Shown here: piece after piece, positions 1-11,636 of the stretch
How the letters are laid out: every line of letters starts with the position of its first letter
How positions within the stretch are numbered: the stretch's first letter is position 1
Source: Guillardia theta CCMP2712
Lineage: Eukaryota; Protista; Cryptophyta
Direction of reading: 5' to 3'
Assembly (NCBI RefSeq): GCF_000315625.1
Contig: NW_005434673.1
Span: 763,023 to 827,022, forward strand
DNA: 64,000 bases
Notes under the pieces: generated by a model
The model's input: the letters and a program-made list of their open reading frames with translations, nothing else
Told to the model about the DNA's origin: nothing
The model's database searches: none
Program-made: the position numbers and the translations under genes

Positions 1-145
1 TCAAGTGTTTGCTTATCCTCTTGACCGCATCCTTCGACCTCGGTACTTGCCTCTTTGTTCCCTCCTCCTCCTCTCCTTGTTGTTACTTCCCCATTATTTC
101 TCTCCCGCTCTCCTCCTTTCTCTCGCTTCTTCTGTCTCTCGTCAG

Positions 146-1294
146 AAGCTGAAAGTGTTTTCAGCTTGCTATTCATGCGCTACCTCGAGATTCCCGTCAC
201 TTCCAAACCGCTCGAATGGTCTACTTCTCTCCCTTCTACATTGTTCTTCCTCCTCTCTCCCTCCCTCTCTCCCACCCACCCACCCACCCTCTCCCTCTCC
301 CTCTCCCTCTCCCTCCCGTTTTTCCTCCTGTCTCAACTTGTCGCTTGCAGGATCATCGCACCAACCGATCAAAGCTTCTGCGAGGTCACGTTGGGAGGCA
401 TCAGGTGAAGTAGAATGTTCTAGAACATGTTTTTTCCTCCTCCTCTCCTGTGATGCGCTTCTACTGTTCTTCCTTCACTTCTCCTCTTCTCCTCCCTAAC
501 TCCACTTGTATGCAATCTCCTCCTCCTCCTCCTCCTCCTCCTCCTGCCCCTGCTCCCTCTCTTCCTCCTACACCTTCTCACTTGCTTGCTCTCTCGCCCC
601 ATTTCTGACTTGTCTTCAAGGCTGGAGCTCTACAATCAGTTTCTCCAACAACTTCCTCCCAGTTCACAGCTGCCAGAACCTCGCAAGCGGAAGGTGAGAC
701 AATCACCTCGTCCCTCCCCACCCTTCTCTCCTTCTCTCTTCCCTCCCAGCCTCTCTCTCCCTCCTCTCCTTCTCTCTTCCCTCCCAGCCTCTCTCTCCCT
801 CCCCTCCCCCCCCGTTCTCTCCTCTCCTCTCCATCTCCTCTTTCTTCCCCGCTTGTCGTCCTCTTTCCTCTCTACTTCGCCGCATCTAACGAGCTTCGCA
901 GGTCAGAGTACAGGGAGCAGCGCTAGCGCGTCCTCAGGTGCCCTCCGCGCCCCCTCCCCCTCCCCCATCTCCTCGAGGGTTTGACGTCCTTGCAGACCCT
1001 CAGCAAGGTCAACCTCCAGCTCAAGGGCGACTGTCACTTCCCCGGTAGCTGCTCGCTGACTCACCCAGGATGTGGGGGAGAGGGAGGAAGCAAGAGAGGG
1101 GGGGGAAAGGAGGGTAGGCGAGGCGAGGAGAGAGGCGGGTAGCAGCGGCGCGGCGGCGGCGGCGGCGGTGATGGTGGTGGTGGTGGTGGTGGTGATGATG
1201 ATGATGATAAGGAAGAGGAGGAGGAGGAGAGAAAGGAGGTCGATGATTGGATTTTGCAGGGTTTCACGCACGGCTGAAGGAGCTGAAAACTTAG
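146..1294 (+). CDS. 3' part of a multi-exon hypothetical protein (5' end probably outside the window)
   Basis: Short exons bounded by AG/GT within pyrimidine-rich introns join in frame: EAESVFSLLFMRYLEIPVTSKPLEW / IIAPTDQSFCEVTLGGIR / LELYNQFLQQLPPSSQLPEPRKRK / VRVQGAALARPQ / TLSKVNLQLKGDCHFP / GFHARLKELKT*, with TAG at 1292-1294. Confidence 0.5.
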
Positions 1295-1736
1295 TTGGCT
1301 CCCTAACTTGTTTACTTCAACTGTACAAAGACGAGAATAAAACGTTTCCCTGAGTAGTCAATCCGACCATCCTATTGAGATTATACTTGTTGTTCCTTGT
1401 TTCCCCATCATCCTCGCTCACAATCCCTCGTCACCGCCCACCTTCCACCACTTGACCCTCCCTCCTCCTCCTCCCCCCCCCTCTCTCCCTCCTTCCCTAT
1501 TCCCTCCGCCCTCGCTCTCCTTCCTGCCCTCTTTCCTCTCCCTCTTCATCTCCCTCTCCCTCTCCCTCTTCATCTCCCTCCTCTCTCCCTCTCCCTCTCC
1601 CTCTCCCTCTCCTACGCCCTCTCCCTCTCCCTCCTGCATTCGCAGTGGCGCAAGCAAACCCCGACAGTCTGTGCGGTAGGGGTACTATACCAGACAAAAA
1701 GGGGGGTAGGGATAAGGAGAAGTACTGGGTCCCGCA

Positions 1737-2090
1737 ATGGCAGAGGAGGGGCACAGCTCGTTGTGGCTCATCGTGATGGGGATCGCAGCAGCGCATGTGG
1801 CGGCTCTCTGCTACTGGGTCTACAGGTTGTCATGCAGATAGTGCGATGATGAGAGAGAGAATGAGACCTGCACCGAGTCCTCGCTGATCGCCTCCTGACT
1901 CCTTGCCGCCCACCCCAACCTCTGACGGCTGTCGATTTGTTCTTTTTACCTCTGTCATTTCTTGTTTCCTTGATGTGAGTTGTATGAGAAAGGAAAGGCG
2001 ACATATCAGGGCTATGTGCTGACTGCTTTGCTGATGCCATGTTGCTGACGCAGGGTTGCCGTTCCTGACAAGGAGAGGAAGGAGAAGTAA
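1737..2090 (+). CDS. 41-aa single-pass membrane microprotein (2 exons: 1737-1825, 2054-2090)
   Basis: ATG 1737, phase-2 GT donor at 1826, CTGAC branch motif and CAG acceptor at 2053. Spliced product: MAEEGHSSLWLIVMGIAAAHVAALCYWVYRVAVPDKERKEK*. Confidence 0.55.
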
Positions 2091-2210
2091 GGTAGGAAGA
2101 GCAAAGCTCTTTCGCAAGGACATGTGACGACCAAGCAACATCATCAGGAGGATTTCCATTCTCGTTATGTTTTCCTATGTTATCAGACAAGTGCTTGCAA
2201 CCTCGAGGCG

Positions 2211-3587
2211 TTACTGTTGCTCCTCTTTCGACGTCTTGGAAAGTTCCTCCTGCAGCTTTTTGACCGTGTCGTACCGCTGGAACTGAATCTGAAAGTTTCT
2301 TTTCATGAAGTTTGACATGCGAATAAACTGATCGCTCATCACGTCCAGGACCTGCGGGTCATCAAGTTCAGAGCCCGAGACGTCGACGCCTCACCACACC
2401 TCCTGCGCTGACTCTGACGAGAACCAGACTGCCAAGTACGGCTTGTAGCGTTGAACGATCCTCTTTGACAGCAGATGAGAGGGAGAGGAGCAGAGGGAAA
2501 GGAGCATCGCAAGGAGAAGAGTGAACCTGCAGCTCGTTGGCTGTCAGCCGATCCCCTTCCACCAGGTCCAGGTCGTCGAGGATAGACTGGAGGGTCTGGA
2601 GCCAAGTGACGTCAGCAGACGGGACAAGAGGCGAGGCGCTCGACACCTCCGGCGGCAGTCGGATGTCAAACTCAGCCAACGCCGACCTCAAGTCCTCCTT
2701 GCTCATCGTCCCGTCCCCGCTGCTGTCATACTCTAGGAAAACGTCGAAGACCTGCAAACCGATGAGCTGCATGCCCAGCTAGAGGCCAGCTAGAGGCCAG
2801 CTAGAGGCCAGCTGCAGCATGCGAGTGATACCGCTTCGTTTGTTCTCGACACTCGGCTCTTGAAGAGCTCTGCTTTGTCTTTCCACTGGTTCAACCGTCG
2901 CTGCTTCTCCTCCGCTAACTGCAGGGCAAGTGAGGGGGAACAAATGAACCACGTCGGCCTCTCAACCTCCTCCGTCAGCTCCTCCTGCGATCTCGCCATC
3001 TCCTTCCATTGCTCTATCTTCTCGAACTGCCTCTGCTTCTTCCCCGGCTGCTTCTGCGACTTCAAGTGCAGATCAGAGTACGGTTCAACGCTCACTGGGC
3101 AGTCCTCCGGATGCCTCACCGTAGTTTCAAAGGGATCGCTTGCAATGATGGATGGTATTGCAATAGTTTCTTCCTTGGTTGGAGGCTCTTCACTTGCTTC
3201 AACCCGGTTCTCATCACTCTCGACCAGGACCGATCTTTGCGCTTGCACGGAAGCCTTCCTCTCACAGATTTGAATCGCAATGCGAAGAGCTTCGTCCTCG
3301 GGGAGATTGAATCGCTCTATCACTCGCTTCACTTCCTTCTGCAGCATCTCGTCGTGCAGCTCGACGTTCCCGTTCGCACTCGACGCTCTCGCCAGGCTCC
3401 GCCTTGTGGTGGGTCTAGAGGCGTCAAGCTGAGTGACTTGTGTGTGGAGACAGACTGGCCGAGGGCAGGACAAGCTTGAAGGGCGCAAGGAAGAAGGAGC
3501 TTGATAGCAGGAGGTTGGTGTGCATGTTACGATCGCCGTCGCCGCCATGGCCGTCGCTCGCATCGCCCATCCTAGATGTTCCCGCAT
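2211..3587 (-). CDS. EF-hand calcium-binding protein with a bipartite (signal + transit) N-terminus
   Basis: One exon encodes VFDVFLEYDSSGDGTMSKEDLRSALAEF, an EF-hand loop. The N-terminus MRATAMAATAIVTCTPTSC|YQAPSSLRPSS is followed by a Ser/Arg-rich stretch. The last exon IQFQRYDTVKKLQEELSKTSKEEQQ* ends at 2211. Confidence 0.65.
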
Positions 3588-3670
3588 GGCCCCACCTTTT
3601 ATGAGTAAAGGAGGGGTACAAATGAAGAGAAAAGGGTGGGTGGGGTTGTGGGTTGGTCGGATCGCGTGCC

Positions 3671-5360
3671 ATGGGCAAGAAGAAACGTGGCTTCAAGGTG
3701 ATGTGGGAGGAGGAGCAGGAGCAGGAGGAGCAGGAGAGCAGGAGCAGGAGATTGGAGTAGAGGAGGAGGAGGAGGAGGAGGAGGGATGAGAACGTGTGGC
3801 TAGGACGAGGAGGAAGGCATTTAGTTGTCAGACAGTTGGAAGGAGGGGAAGGAGGAAGAGGATGGGAGGGATGCTGTTGTCGAAGGCCTGAAATCAACTT
3901 CGCAGGTCGCAAAGGCCGATGAGCAGACTAAGGCTTGGCCGAAGCATGAACAGGACGAAGAGGACGACGACGTAGATGCGATCAGAAGGGCGAACCGAGC
4001 TGCTATCCTGAAGCGACAATCATCCGAAACAAAGAGAGAGAAGCAGGAGCAGAGAAAGAAGGCACGGAAGGAAGCAGGAGAGGGAGGGGCAGGCAAACAG
4101 AAGCTCTCCAAGAAGCGAGAGGAGAGTGGCAAGAAGCTCTCCAAGAAGCGAGAGGAGAGTGGCAAGAAGCAACCTCGCGCAGCTGCGAGACAGCCCGGTA
4201 AAGCTGAGGCTGGCAAGAGCGAGAGCTCCAGTGAAATCGAGAGCGACGACTCGGGGGAGATGCGCCTGGAGTATCAAGAGAAGCAGAAGAGAGAAGCGAC
4301 TGAGCTAGACAGCGACGAGAGCGAGTACGACGAGATCCAGGTGGTGTTCGACAGCTTCAATCCGAAGGAAGAAGACTTCCATGGAATGAAGCTCTTCCTC
4401 CTCAACTTCCTTGACGGGGCTGAGTACAACTCATCCGAACTCTGCGACCTTGTCCTCGAGCAATCAGGGACAGTGGGAACAGTGGTGAAAGTGAAGGATG
4501 AAGAAGAAGTTTATGGTCTCATGTCGGTGATTAGCATGAAAGCAAACAGAGACAAGGAATGCCTGAAACAGATTCGCGATTTTATCCTCTCAAAGAGCTC
4601 CAAGCAAGCAAGTGCTTCGATTCAGTCAATCTTTGACAGCACAAACACCAACGTGGGGCTGATTGTCAGTGAGAGAATGATCAACATGCCTCAAGACATG
4701 GCTGTCCCTTTGATCAATAGCCTGTTCGATGAGATCGAAGGTGCCAAGAAGGCCAAGGTGATTTTCTGAGAGCGTGTCATGTGGCGTGAGGTGGTTCCAG
4801 TCAGGGGAGACGTACAAATTTGACAAGTTCGTGATTCTCACTCAAGTCCTCAAACCACATGTGAGGGAACCTTCCAAGGGGGAAAGTGGTCTGACCAAGG
4901 CAGGACGAGGAGAGAGCTGAGAAGCCGAAGAAGCAGAAGAAGAAGGAGGCGGAGCAAGGTGATATCGTCTATCTCAAGGTCAGGCTGGCGCGCCTCGCAT
5001 GCTCTTCTTACCTGTGACTGCAGGCAGAGGATGAAGTTTACAGCTCTCATGCAGATGTATCCCCCCCATATTCCTTGAATTCTCCCCTGCTCACTTGAGG
5101 TTTCAGCTCCAGTTCGATTTCCCGATGAGTAGCAAGCAGGGCGAGGACGGTCTGTTCTGGTACGGGAAGGTGCGGCCATGTGTGTTGCGACGCTTCTCGG
5201 TGATGTTTGCGGCAGGTCATGATCTTATCTGCCAACAAAGTGAACGCAGTCAAGAAGGGTGTTGTCGAGGTAATGGTGGTGAAGGGATGACGGGAGTTGT
5301 AACTGACTTCTTCAGCTAATTGGTGATGAAGCCTATAGAAATCAACTCGACCATGACTGA
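3671..5360 (+). CDS. BCCIP: BCCIP/Bcp1 family protein (uL14 chaperone, ribosome biogenesis)
   Basis: Family motifs IQVVFDSFNPKEEDFHGMKLFL, GTVVKV..EVYGLMSVI and GLIVSERMINMP..MAVPL..SLFDEI. Short first exon MGKKKRGFK; several ~50-nt introns; TGA at 5358-5360. Confidence 0.85.
4101..4169 (+). repeat. 33-bp coding tandem duplication (KLSKKREESGK x2) in the BCCIP N-terminal extension
   Basis: aagctctccaagaagcgagaggagagtggcaag is repeated exactly twice. Confidence 0.85.
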
Positions 5361-5506
5361 AGCTGGGTTGAATTTTTATTCTGTATCTTGACCGCCCTTC
5401 ACTCTCACAATATAATACAATTTTCCCTGCTGCAATACAAACTTGAACATCCCTTGCTATGACAAATCGGACATTCAGAAGGCTCCCCGGCTGTCTTGGC
5501 GCTGCA

Positions 5507-6826
5507 TCAGAACAAATACGTCTTCCCTCTTGTCAGAATCCAAAAGAACAACCCAAACTGAGTAAACCTCGTCAAACACAAGCAATGAACTGCAAGGCCG
5601 TGGGGTTACCAGGGATCCGCTCGTGTGAGCAGCATTGCCATAAGTGAGATCTCCGACAAGGAGTCCGATGCAATCCTGAGTAAAGTTACAATGGTTACAT
5701 CAGGTGCTCTGAGAACTAGTTGGCATCTCACCTTTCCCAAGAACATCAGCCCCAGGGCAGCGGCCGGGACAGGGAAGATCGCGTAAATCAAAATGATGCG
5801 ACTGCAAAAGAAGCAAACGTCAGCTGTATCAATCATCTACCTACAGAGCAACTATCGCTTTCCGCCTGGATCATCTAGTCCCTCACCTTGGATATGTCAG
5901 GATGTTGTAGGCAACCACAGCATTGACTGCGCCGCTGCAACATCGCCGTCATTATACGAACATAAACTTGCAACTTTCTTGCCTCGCACCCAACCCCAAC
6001 TGATAGGGCGAGTACCGGACCTTCTCCGGGGCAATGCGCGGCCAGAGCACTTGGAAGATGCTGGATACAAGCCCTCCTCCCACCTTCACTTAAGTCATCC
6101 TCCTCCTTCTCCCCATCCTCCTCCTCCTACATAGAGCGCGAGGAACTTGCGACCTCCCAGGATGCGGAGCGTTTCGGCTCCGAAGAACCAGAGGCAGCAC
6201 ATGTTGGCGCCGAGATGAACCCAATCGTAATGAGAAAAGAAAGATGTGATGATGGTATGAAATCTCCCCTCCTGTGTGACTGCTGCTGTCGATATTGCAA
6301 AGTTCTTGGCCATAAATCTCCTCCAGGACAGGTTTTGCCACATGCAGAAAACCACCACGTTAACTGACAGAATGGACCACAGGGCGTACTTGTCGATGAA
6401 TGTCTCTCTTGCCTCTTCCTCGTGATTCTTGTCTTCATGATGATAACTTCTCTTGTTCGCCCTATCAGTCGAAACTGTCGACGGCTGTGTTACTCTGGTC
6501 TTCAGGGCCATTGGCCTATTCGTGCCGATGGGATGATGAAGACTGCGAGTGTCGAAGTGAGCCATCGGATACAACCTCCAGTACGACATTCTCTGGAGAT
6601 GTGAATGGGCAAACAGCCGGCCATATGACACTGGCGGAATCTGGGGTTGACTTTGCATAGTTCGAAGATCACGTACCAGGGGACCCGTTCTCGTGCTGAC
6701 TTGAGGGAACAACGCTCTGGGTACAGGGAAGCCTGGACCTTTCCTTGACCATGTGGTATATACTACGGCCATTCTCCTCGCTTGATTGATTGAAATCACT
6801 CCCACACTTTGGAGCAGCGAGCTCAT
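5507..6826 (-). CDS. Rhomboid intramembrane serine protease, PARL/Pcp1-like (probably mitochondrial)
   Basis: Motifs TSFFSHYDWVHLGANM, G.RKFLALYVGGG, spliced catalytic LGASGA and AAHTSGSLFG (catalytic His). Arg/Ser-rich N-terminus. The start may lie further upstream (~7030). Confidence 0.85.
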
Positions 6827-7061
6827 GCTCACTTCTGATCAAAGTTTGCTCGTAAAACCTTCTTCCAGTATTCTGCAGCAGTTTTTTTACGTATGACAGT
6901 GTTCTGATACACTCTGAAACTTGTATGACATCATCTTCTATTCTCCTCACTGCATCATTGCTTTTCCTCCTCTCCGTTCTTCTGCTGCTCCTCCTCCACA
7001 CACTCACAATGACCGCAAGGGTGCATGCATGTGGCCGCAACGAATTCGTTACGGATCTCAA

Positions 7062-7156
7062 CGGACCCGGCCGCCGGGCCGCCCGGGCCGGGCGGGCCGC
7101 CGTGTCACTCAGGGGCGGCCGAGACGGTGATATACCGACGCCGGGCGGGCCCAGAG
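7062..7156. promoter_or_regulatory. CCGG-dense intergenic island (similar islands at 22145-22215, 29920-30010, 49080-49200, 51250-51352, 55260-55325, 61460-61495)
   Basis: Clusters of CCGG/GGGCCC with (G)TCACT[C/G]AG-like words, found in the long intergenic spacers. Confidence 0.5.
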
Positions 7157-8129
7157 TAAATGGTTGAAGGCCCTCTTCATAATTTGATCTATAATGATCC
7201 TGAGCAAGTCTTTGCTTGACGCTAGTTACAGTCACTCAAGTTAAGTTAAAACTGATGCCAGCACGGAGCCCATGAGCGGATAGCGCGGCGCAACCTATCA
7301 TCCTGCATGCGGCATACGATGCCCAGGCTCAGCGGCTCGGATCTTCGGAGTCGCTCACCGTGGCACTGATGAAGCGTAACCGTTTAACGGTCAGTGTGAG
7401 GAATGGGATGAGGCCCTCGGATGCGGCACTGGCAGATCCGATCCATCCACTCTAAGCGTGTCACGAACTCTAATTCGAGGGGGTGGGGGTTATCAAATAC
7501 CCGGTACCTTTCAGTCTCTGGCCGATAGAAAAAAGGGGGTACAGATTCAAGAATAAGGCCAATGGTCCAGGCCTTCCCGCGCAGCCGAAGGGCAACATGG
7601 CGCGAGTCAATGCAATAATAGGTGGAGGGAAGGGGGAGGGGGGGATTGGTGGGGAGGGAGGAGGAGGAGAAGGAGGAGGAGGCTATCAGGGGAAGAAGAT
7701 GGAAGAATGGTCTAACAATGAGAAGCTCTGAGAGGAGAAGGCAGGAGCATCCTTCTCCTGAGAGAGATGGGGTAGGTTCCGAATAGGGCGTCATGAAATG
7801 GAGGGATGCGGGGGGGGGGATCGATGAGAGAAGTGCCGTGGGGAGGACAGATGCAAGAAGGCGAGTGAAATTTCTATGAGAAGGATACTATAGAAGAAGA
7901 AAAAGAAGAAGATTTTCACCAGGAGAAAGGTTATCCTCCTTATTAGGCTACCACAACGATTTAGTGTGAGTAAATGATGCTGTAGGAAGTCAGAACAGTT
8001 TTTTTTTCGACACAAAATGCTTGTTAGATCAATTTTATGAATGAGTTGCATACAAGTCAAGATATTCTTCTGCTAAATACATATCTTGACAAATGGAACT
8101 CATGGTGTAACTGCTTTCTGTTGCTTTAG

Positions 8130-11100
8130 ATGAGTCCGCGGAAACCAGCAGATGGAATCTTCCAAGGATGCTTCTTCTCTGTCGACCCGGAAGTTGACGA
8201 GACAAACTCACAAGACATTGGGGATGATGGTTTGGAGGACCTCATCAAGTCCGTCGTTGAGAGGGGGGGGAAGATGGATGATGTGAACTTCACACATCTT
8301 ATCACTGACAAGGAGGATATGAGCCAAGTCAGAATCGACTCCGTGGAACTGAGACCGAGGATTGTGAACCTCAAGTGGATTAGAGAGTGCTTGCGGTGAC
8401 TTGAACATTCTTGTGGTTTGCTGTGTCTGATTTCTTGTCTCAACGCAGAAAGAACTGTAGATTGCCTGAGCTCGCAGAGCAGGACTTGGATGTTCTGTTG
8501 CACAGTCCTGATCTCTCCAAAAAAATATTTGCTGACAGCTTGATATGCATCTTGAACGTGCCCCCTAAGGTTGAAGAATTAGTGCGCAATGGAATCGAAC
8601 TCCTCGGGGGTCGTGCGATTAGCGAATTCACAAATCAGTGTACGCATGTCATTGCTGGTTTTGTGCGGGGGCCAGACTGTCAGAAAGCTATTGATTCTTC
8701 TCAAACCAAAATTTTGCCCATAAAGTGGTATGTAGACTGCATCAAAGAGCAGCATCTCTGCTCCGATTCAAAGTATGATCTTCGTTGTCTTTTGGAGAAC
8801 TCTGAAAGCAGAGTGGACTTGTCAAGATTGAAAGATTTCCAGTGTCAGGTAATCCAAAGATTCAGTTTTAGGATGATTGATCTCTATTGAAAGGCCTTTT
8901 CGGGAAACACATTTCACTTGTCTCCCTCTCTGAGAAGTTCTGACATTGTAAGTTGTGTGCCTCTTGGTTGGGCAAGGTGTAACGGTCTATAGGTGGAGAG
9001 ATGGATCCTAGCTGCTGGGGGATCGTTCTGTGAAGCAACTTCATGCAATTACTACATCGTTGATCAATCTCATGACGAGCTTTCTCCTCAGCATGCGAAA
9101 TGTCGAACTCTGCAGTGGGTCAAAGAGTGCTTCCAGTTTTGTACTGTCATCTGGCCCAAGAAGAGCCTGGTTTGGAAGGGATGGACTTTTTATCCGTACA
9201 ACCAAGGCATGATAAGGGAAGGGGCTATCAAGCGAATCTCTGTCACGGGGTATACAGGGCAGTGCCGGGATATTTTGATCAAGATTATTCAGCTGAGTGG
9301 AGCTGAGGCGACAAAGGAGTTGACGAAAACCAACACACATCTGATTTCAACTACATGCACCTCAAAGAAGGTGAATGCTGCTCGTGACTGGGGTCTGAAG
9401 ATTATTGGTCATCAGTGGCTCATGGACAGTGTAGTGTCAGGAAAGTGGTTGAATGAGGAGGATTACAGCATCGAATCTTTGTTTTTTGCTGGAAACGAGG
9501 AAATGTGGACAAAGCTTGATCTCATGGCTTTGAGAAGTTTGCCTTTCATTCATCCCCTTGTTCTCGACGACTTCGGTCTTGAATGTTCTCGTTAATCTCC
9601 TGTTTCTTGACGTTTTCTGCAGAGAATGAATCAGCTGCAGCTGCTGCTACAGCTGCAGATGATGATCAAGTCTACCCTGATTCCCAGGTCATTATTCTTA
9701 TGGGCTTCATCGCACACTATCAAGAGTAACATTCTGGTCAGGAATGGACTGCAGAAGAAGATTCCAATGATCGTGCTTGCGAAGTAGACCGTCCCAGTCT
9801 GAACAAGTTTTCCTCTCAAGCAGCAGCCTCTGTTCTGAATAGCATGTATGGCACTCGCGCGGACGATCAAACGAGAGGGGTGGATGGATTTCTCAACGAT
9901 GGCGAATCTGCCGACTTGAGTGATGCTCCTCTCACTAGCGCCAGGAGACCAGCAGGGGCTGAGGCGACTGCAAGGATGCACTCCAATGATCGCGATGCGC
10001 CGCCAGTGAGCCATCGAATGAGTTCTAGCAGCCCTGCTGTAAGGGGGCAAGGAGGAAGCGTTGAAAAGTCGGTAACACACGGAAGGCTGGCACATAGAGT
10101 AGAGAGAGTTGCTAGTGGAGGACAAGGTCCGTCGCACCTCTACGATCGGTCGGGGATGCAGTCCGAGCATGACGTGCTGACATCAGTGGGTTCGAGTCAC
10201 CTCGCCAAGACCCCCAAGTTGACATCTGAGTCACCCGACTGTAGAGTCAATCTGTGCTCGAGGACAGATTTTATGTACAATGTTCACGATGAGGACGAGA
10301 CTTCAGATGAAAACGCTAGCGGCCATCGTGATGCTGAACCTGCTCCTCCCAGCAGGATCGCGAGCACAACCCCTTTGCAGTCTGCTCGCGTGGAAGCGTC
10401 AGCGAATTCGGAGAATGACGTGTTCGGATCTTTCCGCCGCAGCTACGGACGTCAAAGTCCGAAGGTTGTCAGCAATACCGCTGAGCATGTTCGTGCCAGC
10501 CCATCGTCAAGTTCTGCGCCCGCCTCCAACCAACGTACAAGTGCGAGGACTGGTGGGCCCAAGGACGGGCCTCCGGGCAGCGGGAGCGAATTGACTTGCC
10601 GGAACAGAAAAGACTCAGAGGAAGGGCGAGGTGAAGCGAGCAAGCTGACGAGCATCTCTCCTGCCACGAAGAATCAGATCCGCACGAGGAACCAGAAGCA
10701 AACCAACAAGACTTCTCCCTCGGCGCTGGTCGCAAGGCCTCAACCGTTTGTGCTGGTGTGCGGCAGGACAGCAGAGCGACAGGAGCAGGTGTCAATCGTG
10801 AGGAGGCTGGGAGGGAAGTCGGCATACTCGCATCACTTCGATCCGGACACCACCCATGTGCTCTGTACGGAACTCCGCAGGACCGAGAAGTTTCTGTGCG
10901 CCTGCGCCAAAGGCATCTGGATCCTGTGAGGCTGTTGAGGTTTAGAGGAAGGGCTGACATGCTCCTGCAGGAAGCCGGAGTACCTGCAAGCCTGCGCTCA
11001 GAACGGGCGATGGCTCGATCCCTCGGAGTACGAGTGGCACGAGCCCAAGAAGGAGAGCGCAGACACCAACTTGTGGCACGGGGCTCCGAGGCGATGGCGC

Positions 11101-11578
11101 TTGTTCCGTGAGAGGAACGGCCAGGGACCCTTCGAGGGTCAAAACTTTGTGATCCATGAGGGCACAAACCCGCCAGCAGCTGTTCTTGCCCAGGTCATCA
11201 CGGCAGGAGGAGGATCTTGCTCCATCTGCAGCGAGTCGTCGATACTCAGAAGCCTGTCGGAGAGCGCGAGAGAGTCGGTCACCATCCTCCTCCCGGAAGA
11301 CAGCGGCGAGCTCTCCGCAAGCTCCTCCCTCTCCAACGAGCGGCTCAAACTTGTCAGGGCCTCGTACATCCTAGATTTCATGTGAGCCGTTGGTGTGTCC
11401 ATGCATCTGACTGACGTCTGCGCTCAGATCGTGCAGGGAGCAGGTGTCGATGGACGACTACTTGGTCAGCTCAAGAGCTTCTGCCTCGACTCCCAAGACC
11501 AAGAAGCGCTCTGGTGGGAGAAGTGACGCAGAGCAAGGTAGCAAGACGAAGAGACAGAGAGTGAGAAGGAGCAAGTGA
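8130..11578 (+). CDS. Multi-BRCT DNA-damage scaffold (about 4 N-terminal and 2 C-terminal BRCT domains; TopBP1/Rtt107-Brc1/PTIP/SLF1-like)
   Basis: Repeated BRCT signatures: IELLGG..CTHVI..IKWYVDC, ISVTGYTG..LSGA..NTHLI..HQWLMDS, and RRLGG..TTHVL..RRTEKFLCACAKGIWILKPEYL..EYEW..APRRWR..GPFEG. A low-complexity linker separates the two groups. TGA at 11576-11578; start uncertain. Confidence 0.85.
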
Positions 11579-11636
11579 AGTTGTCCTATTCATTAATCAA
11601 CATGGTGGTACCTCCTCTGTTCTGCTCTCTTGTCTT

